Shown here piece by piece: positions 1 to 10,192 of a DNA stretch of 25,423 nt; the stretch's first letter is position 1, and each line of letters starts with the position of its first letter. The notes beneath the pieces were generated by a model. That model searched no databases. It had not been told where the DNA came from and saw only the letters and a program-made list of their open reading frames with translations. The stretch is taken from positions 91,774 to 117,196 of the forward strand of contig MU271258.1 of the NCBI GenBank assembly GCA_021432655.1, given 5' to 3'. The stretch comes from Atractiella rhizophila (taxonomy: Eukaryota). The position numbers and the translations under genes were made by a program.

Positions 1-596
1 TGTTCTTTCACGTCCCGCTCGTATGCTAAATCCCGTGCCATCCATTCACGCAAACGTTGCTGATCTTCCGCTAAAGTTGTCGATTTAAGGTCAGAATCGT
101 CGGTTGCAGTAACAGCTGTAAAGTGCTCATGGATAGGAAGGGTAGACGAAGCGGTTGCACTGGCGAGCTTCAGCGAATCCAGGATGGAGGGAGACGTCAA
201 ATTTTGAATCTGGTTCATTTGAGCCTGGAGGTCATTAAGCGTTCTGTCGATCATGACCTGCATTGGATCCGTGCCGCTTGTCCGAAACTGGACGTCTGCA
301 AGGGTCGTCTTGCCAGAGTCGAACACCGGACTGGTCATCCCATCTGACACGCTTCCAGCTGCCAAATGAAGCCCATTGGGTATCAGACCAGATTGTATGG
401 GGCTGGAACGAGGAATACCCGGCAAAGAGTGCTGGTCGGGAGTAGAAGCGGACAATTGAGGCTGTTGCATTGGAAACTGAACATTTTGGTGCCCGAATTG
501 GTTGTTCCCAGTGAGGTGGCGCTGACGCATCATTTGCAAGTCGTGGTGGCTCATGGAGGGGTTACCTGCTCGCCCAAACATGTCTTGTCGCATCAT
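1..596 (-). CDS. Partial host-like coding exon with Q/M/P/S-rich low-complexity N-terminal part; weak resemblance to fungal SWI/SNF Snf5-like proteins
   Basis: Manual translation of the minus strand from ATG at 596 gives about 198 stop-free codons running off the window edge (MMRQDMFGRAGNPSMSHHDLQMMRQ...EDQQRLREWMARDLAYERDVKE). It is absent from the ORF track because no stop lies in the window. CpG content is normal, unlike the adjacent repeats. The Snf5 idea rests only on recalled similarity of the W-M-x-R-D-x-x-Y-E segment. Confidence 0.55.
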   Translation of the reverse strand, partial: MMRQDMFGRAGNPSMSHHDLQMMRQRHLTGNNQFGHQNVQFPMQQPQLSASTPDQHSLPGIPRSSPIQSGLIPNGLHLAAGSVSDGMTSPVFDSGKTTLADVQFRTSGTDPMQVMIDRTLNDLQAQMNQIQNLTSPSILDSLKLASATASSTLPIHEHFTAVTATDDSDLKSTTLAEDQQRLREWMARDLAYERDVKE

Positions 597-665
597 GTTG
601 ATTGTTGAAAGTCGCCTGCCTAATGTGAGTCATGCTCAACTGCTGGCACAATTCAAAGTCCCTCG

Positions 666-830
666 CAGGGCTGAGCACATTACAATATAATGTTAATCAT
701 TACTTTTTTAATGCAAAATAATGCTTTTTTGGCACAGTATAATGTAATGCCTTTACTTTCAAAAAAAAATTGTCTATAAGATAAAGGTAATGCATTATTT
801 TCTAATGATTATATTGCATTATAATGGCAG
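666..830. mobile_element. Putative decayed DNA-transposon terminus (hAT-like start CAGGGCTG, subterminal TAATG/CATTA repeats)
   Basis: Abrupt switch to AT-rich, CpG-free sequence starting CAGGGCTGAGC, with many TAATG/CATTA motifs in both orientations, readable as deaminated TAACG/CGTTA repeats. No partner TIR or TSD found. Confidence 0.3.
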
Positions 831-1659
831 TACTTTTGTTCACAAAACACCAATTGATGGAGAACAATAAAAGACAACAAATATAATGGAAATCACCATA
901 CCTCAATACAATAACAGGTGGAAAACCGTGTAACTATTTCACCCCCATTTATGCCTCCAAAGTTAATCAGAATTCATCAGGAACAGAAACACTTGATATA
1001 TCTGGTGAAGCTCTACTGTTAAGACAACTAAGCACTGAAAAAACAACCAGAAAATAAAAACTAATCCAAGCAAACCCAGCATACCTGGGTGCCCTACCAT
1101 ATGATATATAAGAAAGGTTTATTAATACCAGTGTTTTAAAGGGAATTGTACAAGAAATGGGAACAAGAGACAAGAATGGACGCAGAATTAAAGAAGGAAA
1201 ACGAAACACACTTAATGGCAGAGTTGATCTAACACTCTTCATTCCCAGTCTGTCTCCACCATTGCAAAGGTATAGTGGCTGTGGATGGCTCATAGAAAGA
1301 AGACCATTGAGATTGAGAGAGATCCAGAGGAAAGTTGTATGGCAGTCAACTTGTACTCCCTATGAGGAATTTTCATCAACATCTTAGATAATTCAGATTC
1401 ATTATAACCTAATATATACATAACTTTCTCCAGCAAGGTCACAACAAAGCATGTAGATCTCTTTGCAATATCAAGGGAAATGTATCTTTATATAAAAACA
1501 ACATTAAATGTGCACTTTTCAAGTGATTGCTGTGTTTTTTTTTGTAGAGTTCAAGGCCAATAGGTAGAGAATCAAACTACAAGAGCAGGTAAGAAAAATC
1601 TTTGTTTCCTTTGTATGACATCCTGTCAAAGTACACGCTGCAATCAAGAGGTGCGCAAA

Positions 1660-2096
1660 TGTCAGGCTTGCCCCTACGTATTACCGAAATGCACCATCTG
1701 AAGTCACGTGACCCATTTTACCACGTCATGGGAGTACGTGTCTACTTGTCGCCGCTTTGCTCATGCCCACGCTGTTCGCCGATTTCCCCTTTCTCATACG
1801 AATCGCCGCTCAGCAAAACTTACACATTTCGCCCGTCTGCACTGTCCCGTTTTCGCCTTACTACCCTTTCTCTCTAGTACTGCTCAGGATCTCTTATTTC
1901 CAAGATTCACTCTATTGCTTTCCTGAACTAGTTACCTTACATGTTTCAAGAAGCATATGTTACAGTTTATGGCAGTGCCTTTACGTATGTATATATACAT
2001 CAAGAAGTAGTGGTGGTGATTAGAATGTTCTCTTAGGTTTACCTCCACTACAGACGCATCGCCCGTCGGCAACCGCACGTAGTGTCAGCCCTAACA
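1660..2096 (+). repeat. 5' LTR of the Gypsy element (437 bp)
   Basis: TGTCAGG...CCCTAACA termini. Both ends are defined by alignment to the TSD-flanked solo copy at 24067-24554. TATA-like TATATATA near 1990. Confidence 0.92.
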
Positions 2097-2098
2097 GA

Positions 2099-2108
2099 AG
2101 AATACTCT
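2099..2108 (+). promoter_or_regulatory. Candidate self-priming primer-binding site (AGAATACTCT)
   Basis: No TGG tRNA-type PBS follows the LTR. This 10-mer is the exact reverse complement of AGAGTATTCT inside two other copies of this LTR, about 30 nt downstream of the TATA-like box. Confidence 0.55.
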
Positions 2109-2298
2109 CTCTACCTTTCAGAACAGCAAAACTTAAAAAGTATTGGAGGTTTGGGGAGATATGGAAACGTGTGAATCGCCGACGAGCGAAGAATGCATCT
2201 TGCACTTAGAAAGAATGTTCCAAACTCTACACCTCACAACAGAAAAACAGTTCAAAAAACTCGAACAAGACCTCATAACAAGTTTCAACCAATAAAAT

Positions 2299-3450
2299 GT
2301 GCAAACCTCCCAGAATGCGAACAAAATCGCGCAACTGAGTTCCGACGTCCAAAGCACAAACGTCCGAATTTTGCAATTATTGGACTCCAGACTACCCCCT
2401 CCTAGAGACAGTGGAACCACCTCTCCTTTTTTATCACGAACAGACCCAATACCTCAAACTTACTCTCCTCCATCTATACCTCAGACTGCCCAAGTAGCAC
2501 TATATGCAGGTATCAAGCTTGCTCCACCTTCAATCTTTAAAGGAGTACCTAACACAGCTCTGACATTTTTACGTGAAATTTACGTCTACACCTCTACCGT
2601 TCCAGGCCAATTCCGACCGAAAAATCGAAAATCCTATTTACCCTCTCTTACATGAAAGAAGGTGACACAGAAAAATTCGCCGCTGGGATTTTGCGCCGAC
2701 TTGTTGAAAATGAGGAACAAGTTTTGTGGGAACAATTTTTGTCAGAGTTCAAATCGCGCTTCTGCAAAACAGACCACAAGCTTATTGCACAGACGAAATT
2801 GTCTTCACTCCAACAAAAAGGGAACCTGGCATCCTACATCATCAAGTTTGAAGAATTGGCAAATCAGGCTGACTTTGATGATAAAGCCCTTATTTTTTTC
2901 TTCAAACGAGGACTCAATCCTGCCCTACATCTCAAAGTAACCCAAGGAGAGTTCCCAAAATTGCTAGAAGACTGGAAAGAAAAATCTTGGCGAATTGATG
3001 CAGAAGAATCTGCTCATTCAACCTTCTTTCGAAACATCTCATCGGCGAGAGACGGACCCCAGAATACATTTTCTGCCAAAAGAGACAGCTCAAAATCATC
3101 AAAAGCACAGAGAGAGCGGAACACCCGTATCGTATCGACCGAACGTCAGTTGGCCAACGGTCGCCGATCTGTCACCAAACGCCGCTACGCACGCTCATAG
3201 AGCCAAGGACCCCGATGACATGGAAGTTGATGCGACAAAATCTAGACCTCCCCGTTGCAGACGATGCCAAAAGATAGGACATTGGGAAAGAGAATGTAGA
3301 ACGACCATGAACAAGGAACAATATCTCTGAGCTCAAGGAGAATATTTTGATTCAAAAATGATGCACTAAGAGCGACAATTTGGACAATTCGCCGACTAGT
3401 CGCCGAAAACGAGTGCTACCCAGTCGAAAGATCTGGAGGAGGATTTTTAG
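2299..3450 (+). pseudogene. gag: Gypsy gag (frameshifted, internal stops)
   Basis: ORFs 2299-2655, 2652-3200 and 2995-3330 show a retrotransposon gag pattern (WEQFLSEFKSRF...LQQKGNLASYIIKFEELA), DMEVD and the zinc knuckle CRRCQKIGHWEREC. The same frame continues through stops to EEDF* at 3450. Confidence 0.9.
3441..3447 (+). promoter_or_regulatory. Candidate programmed -1 ribosomal frameshift heptamer G_GAT_TTT at the gag/pol boundary
   Basis: The heptamer is in gag phase immediately before the gag stop (TAG 3448-3450), and the -1 frame is open from here (ORF 3462-3704). Confidence 0.6.
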
Positions 3451-3693
3451 GATGGCGGTGGATGAAAGAAGTGTCCCCATTGCCGACTTGCAATTCATTT
3501 ATGTCGTCTAAAATCACTTCCAACAAAACGCCGCCCAGCACAGTATTCCCCTCTTCTGAACAAGACTCCCCATTCCCGAAATTGTGTTTTCCTTCCTGGA
3601 GACAGAGATGCGCAGAAGTCGCAAAAATGTACGACAAAGTCCATTTACGCTCAACAACAGCATCCCTTGTCAGTTCGAAGACGAAGCTCAGAA

Positions 3694-3819
3694 TGTTGGA
3701 TTAGGTGTTATATTTTGTGGTCTTGTGTTGTGTGGTCAGCCTAGGGAGCAGTTTAGGCGGTCATCATCTTTGACCACCAATCTCTGTCCCCTAGCTCCAT
3801 CCAGCATCAGATTCTCTCA
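3694..3819 (+). mobile_element. Solo Copia LTR-B (internally deleted, 126 bp) inserted in Gypsy pol, TSD CAGAA
   Basis: TGTTGGATTAGG...ATTCTCTCA ends match 14946-15166. CAGAA lies at 3689-3693 and 3820-3824. Confidence 0.92.
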
Positions 3820-6800
3820 CAGAACCGCATTCCATCATCCACATTCCCATCGCCGACACGCCACATCGGCGCTCGTTGACAACGCGGCAACCACTTCTTT
3901 TATTTCTCCAAAACTTGTTTCTGCATACAACCTACCCGTCACTCAACTCCCTTCCCCAATGCCCGTTTACAATATCGACGGATCCCTCAATCAAGGGGGT
4001 TCCATCCACTCTGTCGCTTATTTACCCATTTCGATCGCCGCCCATCACGAAGTTTGGCAATTCGCGGTGGCGGAGTTGGGGACGGTCGACATGATTCTGG
4101 GTCATGACTGGCTAAGACACCACAACCCAGAGATCAACTGGGACTAAGGGGAAGTCGAATTCTCTCGTTGCCCTACCAGTTGCAATGCAGATGACGTATC
4201 TATCACTCGCGAACACTTCCCGTCATCGTCTACCTCAATACGAGCCGCTATGACAAAATCGCAGAAACTGGCAAAAGACACAGCGGCGATGAGACCAAAA
4301 AATGTTGTCGAAATACCAACGCAAATCGCCGATTTTGCAGACATTTTCGACAACAAAAAATTCAAAACTTCACTTCCCCCTCAACGACCTTGGGACCACA
4401 CGATCAACCTCATACCGGAAACCAGACCATATGCAGGTCCTGTCTACCCCTTGAAAAGGGACGAACAAGCGGCGCTCGACCAATTCATTGACGCTGAACT
4501 GAGCGCCGGTCGTATATGTCCTAGCACAGGTAAACATGGAGCTTCTGTTTTTTTTTCACGCACCAAATGACTCCTCCGAACTTCGCCCCCTTTTCGATTA
4601 TTGGAAGCTGAATGAAGCCACAGTCAAAGACAAGACCCCACTCCCCATTCAAGCTGACCTCTTTTTCATGGTTTCCGGTAAGAAGTTTTTCAGCAAGATT
4701 GATCTGAGGAAAGGATTCAACAACGTTCGTATCAAGGAAGGAGACGAACACAAAGCGGCATTTCGCACAAATCGAGGACTTTTCGAACCATTGGTGATGT
4801 ATTTCGGCCTCTGCAACTCACCAGGGACTTTTCAAGCTTTCCTGAACTCTATTTTCCGCGCGATGATCGCCACTGCGTTCATCTTCATATACATCGACGA
4901 TATCCTGATTGCGACAGAGACAGAAGAAGAACACTGGGAACGCGTCGGACAAGTTTGTCAAATTTTGCGCGAAAATGGGCTTTATATTAACTTACAGAAA
5001 TGTGTTTGGTGTCAAAGCGAAGTAGAGTATCTAGGATTGATCATTACCAGCAGTGGGATTGAACCGGATCCAGTAAAGGTTGCAGGAGTGATGGATTGGC
5101 CAGAACCAAAAAAACATGAAGGAGGTCCAAATGTTCCTCTGTTTCGCTAATTTTTATCGCCGCTTTTTGCGATAGATTCAGTCACATCGCAAGACCTTTA
5201 TATGAACTGACCAAAAAGGAGGTTTCCTGGATCTGGGGGGTAGATGAACAATGTTCGTTCGTCGCTTTGAAACAGCTCATGACTTTGGCACACGTTTTGG
5301 CACATCCCGAACAAATAGGACGGTTTTTGCTCGAAGCCGACGCGTCAAATTTCGTGACGGGTGCCGTTTTGTCACCAATGAAGCAGGATGGGAAGTTTCA
5401 CCCGATCGGTTTCGTGTCAAATTCGCTAGACACTGCCCAGAGGAACTACGACACCTACGACAAAGAAATGCTCGCGATTATGTGCGGACTGCAAGAATGG
5501 AGACACCTTCTCCAAGGTACTGATGAGCCATTTCTGATCTTGATCGATCATAAAAATCTTGAGTATTTCAGAATTCCACAAAAGTTGAATCGGTGACAAG
5601 CGCGCTGGATCACGGATCTTGCATCCTTCAACTTCACTCTTTTACACCGTCCTAGACGAAACTCCGCAAAACCAGATGCGCTCAGTCGGCGGCCGGATCA
5701 TAAACCGGCGACTTGAGACAACTCCGACGTAGTATTACTCCCAGAGCCTTTTTTCAACATGGATTGTATCACCATCAACGCGACGGGAGCGCGGTTGCAC
5801 TCACAAGACAAATGTCGGAGTTGAGTATCCTGGAACGTGTCAAAAAAGTGCCTGAATGGGAAGAACAAGTAGTCAAGGCCTTGAGAGAGATCCTAGAAGA
5901 ACCGGTGGATGCAATTCGCCGACGAGAGTGGTAAGAAGTCGATGGTGCTGTCTATTTTCGTGGAAAACTCTACATTCCCCGCGATGACGAAATTCGCCGC
6001 TCAATTTTGCAAGACCTGCACGATTCGCAAATCGCTGGTCATCCAGGTGTAAAATCGACGGCGGCTGTCGTGAAAAGGTACTACTGATGGCCAGGTTTGG
6101 CGCATTATGTTCGCCGCTATATTGGCGCCTGTCACACTTGCCACAGAACAAAAAACTTTCCTTCCCCACCTGTCGGGTTTTTGCAACCAAATGACATTCC
6201 CACGCCTCGCTGGCAAATTGTCAGCATGGACTTGGTTGGACCACTCCCAGAATCTGGGGGGTTCGACACGATTGTTGTCATAGTTGACGGACTCTCAAAA
6301 CGCACCTATCCCATCCCCACCCATTTGACAATGGATGCAGAGGGCCTTGTAAGACTTTTTCGCAATCACATATGGAAGCTACATGGACTTTTTGATGTCG
6401 CAATTTTCGATTGGGGAAAAGAGTTTGTGTCTAAATTCACATCCGCGCTTTTTCACCTATTGGGTATCAAAGGCTCACCATCGACAGCCTATCATCCACA
6501 AAGTGGTGGCCAGACTGAACGTATGAACCAAGAAGTTGAGCAATATTTGCGTATTTTCTGCAATCACCTTCAAGATAATTGGGTAGAAGGACTTCCCAAC
6601 GCAGAATTTGCGCTCAACAATCGCGTTAGTTCGGCGACGGGCGTAACTCCATTTTCACTCAATTGTGGTCAACATCCCCGCATGGCTTTTGAACCCATCT
6701 CCGACGAGGACATTCCCGCGGCGGCGCAATTCATCAAAAAGATGCAAATCGCCGACCGGGAAGCACACATGGCACTCGAGCAAGCAGCAGATCTCATGGC

Positions 6801-7395
6801 AAAACATTATGACAGAAAATGCGCACCGGCGCCCGAATATCGCGTCAGCGATTTCGTGTGGTTGAGCGCGAAAAGCATCAAATCGACGAGACCTGTCAAA
6901 AAGTTGGACGACAAATGGCATGGCCCCTTTCGCGTTTTGCAAGTTTTGGGTCCCCAAACTTGAGTTGCCATCCTCATGGAAGATACATCCAGTGTTCCAT
7001 GTGGGCCTAATACGAAAAGTCAACGAAGACGACATCCCTGGCAGAGTCCAGTTGCCCAAACCACCTCTGGAATTGGTGAATGGAATTGAAGAATGGGAAG
7101 TAGAAAAAATTGTTGATGGGAAATGGTTCGGTACCCGAAATAGAGTTTTCAAATATCACGTTCGATACAAAGGGTATTCACTATCTGAGGACGAGTGGAT
7201 CAACATTGCAGATTTAGAAAATTTGCAGGATGCTATAAAAGATCATCACACTGCACCCCCCCACACACCCTCTTGCAGTTGATCCTGATTCTATACCAAA
7301 CTCCGCCAAAAATCGCCCAAATGCGCGTTTTCGTAACCTTCGACGAAAACGTGCTGAAGGGTCTTCCTCACTTTAAGGGGTCCAACACCCCTATA

Positions 7396-7597
7396 TGAAA
7401 GGATCTAAGGCTAGGAGTGGTTGGTGGTCAATAATAATCACATTAGAGAAGTATAGAGAGACATACCTAGGAGTGGTTGGTGGTCAATAATGAGCACCAA
7501 CACACTCCTAGGCAGAACTAAACTACATAGTGATGACTCATACGAGTCATAAGAGTCATAAGAGGCAGATGACCAAAACAACACACTACAACTAACA
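7396..7597 (-). repeat. Copia LTR-A, 3' LTR of a minus-strand element
   Basis: Reverse complement reads TGTTAGTTGTAG...GATCCTTTCA and aligns with 9499-9688. Preceded in element sense by a PPT and the RNaseH end. Confidence 0.9.
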
Positions 7598-7609
7598 CTC
7601 CCACCTGGG
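7598..7609 (-). promoter_or_regulatory. Copia polypurine tract (CCCAGGTGGGAG)
   Basis: Abuts the TG of LTR-A. The identical 12-mer abuts LTR-B at 20432-20443. Confidence 0.8.
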
Positions 7610-7800
7610 CAGCTGTCTCTTGATGCTCCCACCAAATCCAGAGAATCTCCCACCGAATTCATACAATGTATACTCGATATAAAGCAGAAAGCATATTAGT
7701 TTTGCAATGAAAAGAAGGGGGAAAGTCCTCGTACCGCTTAAAGCGGTGTCTTATAACCCCACAGAGGAGGAAAGGAATTTTATTGCGCCCCATAACTGCC

Positions 7801-8799
7801 TCAGACACTTGGGTAGGGGCGCAAACCCATCATAACTTGAAACTTGTCCACGCTGGCGACTGGAAGTGCCTTGGTGAGGAGGTCCGCTGGCATGTTGACC
7901 CCTGGACAGAAGACTGGACTGATCTTGCCCATCTCAACAACATCCCTGAGCCAATAAAAGCGAAGGTCCAGGTGTTTCATTCGACCATGGTGCTCAGGGT
8001 TCTTGGATACCTGTAGAGCGCTGCTGCTGTCTGTGAAGAGAGGAGTAGGACCTTGAGGAGCGAAGCCAATCTCTTCTAAAAGATTCCTTAGCCAGACGAC
8101 TTCTTGGCCAGCTGAGACTCCTGAGACATATTCCGCTTCCGTAGTAGAAAGAGCAACGAGGGATTGTAGTTTGCTGCTCCAACTGACCGCTCCATTGCCT
8201 ATCTTGAGGAGATAGCCTCCCGTAGAACGTCCAGTATCCTTGCACCCAGCAAAATCTGCATCGCAGAAGGCGTGAAAAGGTTGCTTGAGGTCAAAACCAG
8301 TTGCAGAATACTCAATTCCTAAGTTCTGAGTGCCTTTGAGGTATCGTAGAAGATGCTTGGCCGCTTCCCAGTGCTTCTTTCCAGGATTAGAGAGGTACTT
8401 TCCAAGTACAGAGACTGCATGAGCGATATCTGGACGAGTGGATATGGCCAAGTACATCATGGAGCCAACAACGTTGCTGTAAGGGATTGTGCGCATTTCT
8501 TCCTGTTCTTCCTTTGTCTGGGGGCAGTCCTGCTTGCTGAGACCGTGCCCAACGTTGAGAGGAGTGAGGACAGGGTTGCAATCATCCATCTGTTGGCGTT
8601 CTAGGAGGTCCTTAACATACTGTTCTTGATCCAACCACATCATTCTTCGCTTTCTATCTCTCCTAATACGAACCCCAAGTAGGAATTCCGTTGGTCCAAG
8701 ATCTCTGAGTTTGAATCGCTTCCCCAACTCCCTCTTGAAGTCCTCTACAGCACCCTTTGACGTGCTAGCGATCGTAATATCATCCACAAAGACCGGGAC
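7801..8799 (-). pseudogene. pol: Ty1/Copia RT C-terminal part plus RNase H, 5'-truncated
   Basis: PVFVDDITIA, LRDLG, TRPDIAHAV, FCDADFAG, VALSTTEAEY, KHLDLRFYWLRD, PADLLTK, natural stop at 7801. Confidence 0.95.
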
Positions 8800-9249
8800 T
8801 CAGAACTTAGGAATTGAGTATTCTGCAGCTGGTTTCGACCTCAAGCAACCTTTTCACGCCTTCTGCGATGCAGATTTTGCTGGGTGCAAGGATACTGGAT
8901 GTTCTACGGGAGGCTATCTCCTCAAGATAGGCAACGGAGCGGTCAGTTGGAGCAGCCAACTGCAAACCCTCGTTGCCCTTTCTACTACCGAAGCAGAATA
9001 TGTCTCACGAGTCTCAGCTGGCCAAGAAGTCGTCTGGCTAAGGAATCTTTTAGAAGAGATTGGCTTCGCTCCTCAAGGTCCTACAGCTCTCTTCACAGAT
9101 AGCAGCAGCGCTCTACAGGTATCCAAGAACCCTGAGCACCACAGTCGAATGAAACACCTGGACCTTCACTTTTATTGGCTCAGAGATGTTATTGAGATGG
9201 GCAAGATCAGTGTCCGGGTGTCAGTATGCCAGCAGACCTCCTCACCAAG
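8798..9249 (+). pseudogene. pol: Copia RNase H fragment in inverted orientation
   Basis: TQNLGIEYS...FCDADFAG...STTEAEY. Inverted relative to 7870-8331 and colinear with 23507-23953, sharing a small deletion near the end and the same truncation point. Confidence 0.9.
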
Positions 9250-9498
9250 TGACCAGCTGCTCCTGGCTTTACCAGCCCGAAGCGATAGGCCCGCCGTCTT
9301 GGTCTTGTGAAAAACTAGCAATGGTTTATAGTCTTCCTTTACAAAAGGATTGGATGACTTGTCCCAGGTCGTATACTTGTTGACCAGGTGAGCAACTGAT
9401 AAGTCGTCACGGTAAAAGATCAATGAAGGTGAATCATCCAGCCAATACCAGTTCACAATAGGATGTTCTGATGATTTGGTCAGCTCCTTGGCACGCCA
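9250..9498 (-). pseudogene. Fragment of an unknown gene (copy 1), interrupted by the Copia-A insertion; continues at 16826-16918 and in reversed block 16919-18319
   Basis: Near-identical to 23954-24066 plus 24560-24695. Open minus-strand frame (WRAKELTKSSEHPIVNWYWLDDSPSLIFYRDDLSVAHLVNKYTTWDK...). Confidence 0.6.
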
Positions 9499-9688
9499 TG
9501 TTAGTTGTAGTGTGTTGTTTTGGTCATCTGCCTCTTATGACTCATATGAGTCATCACTATGTAGTTTAGTTTTGCCTAGGAGTGTTGGTGCTCATTATTG
9601 ACCACCAACGACTCCTAGGTATGTCTCTCTATACTTCATCAATGCCTCATTATTGACCACCAACTACTCCTAGCCTTAGATCCTTACA
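9499..9688 (+). repeat. Copia LTR-A, 5' LTR (190 bp)
   Basis: TGTTAG...CCTTACA termini, internal duplicated CTCATTATTGACCACCAAC unit, directly followed by a TGG-type PBS. Confidence 0.92.
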
Positions 9689-9701
9689 TGGTAGCGAGAG
9701 C
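9689..9701 (+). promoter_or_regulatory. tRNA primer-binding site TGGTAGCGAGAGC (probably initiator tRNA-Met)
   Basis: Begins TGG immediately after the LTR. Its complement ends ...GCUACCA, as do eukaryotic initiator tRNA-Met 3' ends. Confidence 0.75.
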
Positions 9702-10192
9702 TGGTGGCTAGGATTACACCCATCACCTTCCCCCTCCTCCAGACCACATTTTCACCCCTCCTGCACTCAAATTTCGCTCAATTTCGATGATCAAGACAGA
9801 TCTGTGATCCTCAGACCTTCCTTTACTGCCTTAGAAGGTGTCTGCTTCCTCAAGAATCAAGAAAAATCGAAACCTATCACCTTACCACCCACCACCTGCC
9901 TCAAAACGCACTTTGCCACCCTGGACTCAAACTTCGACGAATTTGGACGTTATAGGGCTTATTTTGATCGTGAAACACTGCGCTACAACTTTACTAGGAA
10001 CCATCTTGGTCACAATAAGCGAAAATTTCGAGATAGCCACTCCATCACCTCCTTCATACCCCCAAAACACATTTTCCGACTTTTTGAAGTCAGATCTGGT
10101 CTGATCTGGACAATTTTATCGCCATTGGATTCACAATAGGCCATTTTACTATCCTACAACAGATCACCTTGATCAGAAGAGTCAAAATTTCG

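Larger units (their letters stand above)
3441..7282 (+). pseudogene. pol: Gypsy pol: protease, RT, RNase H, integrase, chromodomain
   Basis: PR: ALVDNAATTSFI...DMILGHDWL. RT: KIDLRKGFNNVRI, MYFGLCNSP, YIDD near 4890-4901. RNaseH: LEADASNF, DKEMLAI, DHKNL. INT: HDSQIAGHPG...CHTC, SMDLVGPLP, GQTERMNQ, GPF. Chromodomain EWEVEKIV...YHVRYKGY...DEW near 7088-7250. Confidence 0.95.
1660..7380 (+). mobile_element. Ty3/Gypsy LTR retrotransposon (chromovirus), degenerate, 3' LTR missing
   Basis: Order is LTR, gag, PR, RT, RNaseH, INT, chromodomain. It ends at a purine run (TTTAAGGGG, 7372-7380) just before a Copia LTR. Multiple stops and frameshifts. Confidence 0.95.

Noticed and set aside
123..608. 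Plus-strand ORFs of 60-80 aa
   Set aside because: Antisense shadows of the longer minus-strand frame.
1245..1275. PLQWWR on the minus strand as an hAT dimerisation motif
   Set aside because: Too short, and the expected downstream S-x-x-x-E-R-x-F-S motif is absent.
3584..4147. 187-aa ORF as a novel protease fusion
   Set aside because: Chimera created by the LTR-B insertion; only the C-terminal part is Gypsy protease.
7405..7515. Short direct repeats as a CRISPR array
   Set aside because: Only two units, internal to LTR-A, eukaryotic context, no cas genes.
7720..7830. Self-cleaving ribozyme (HDV-like TCCTCGT, twister-like GGTTATAAG) in the Copia 3' UTR
   Set aside because: I could not build the required helices or pseudoknots by eye; kept only as a generic structured-RNA candidate.
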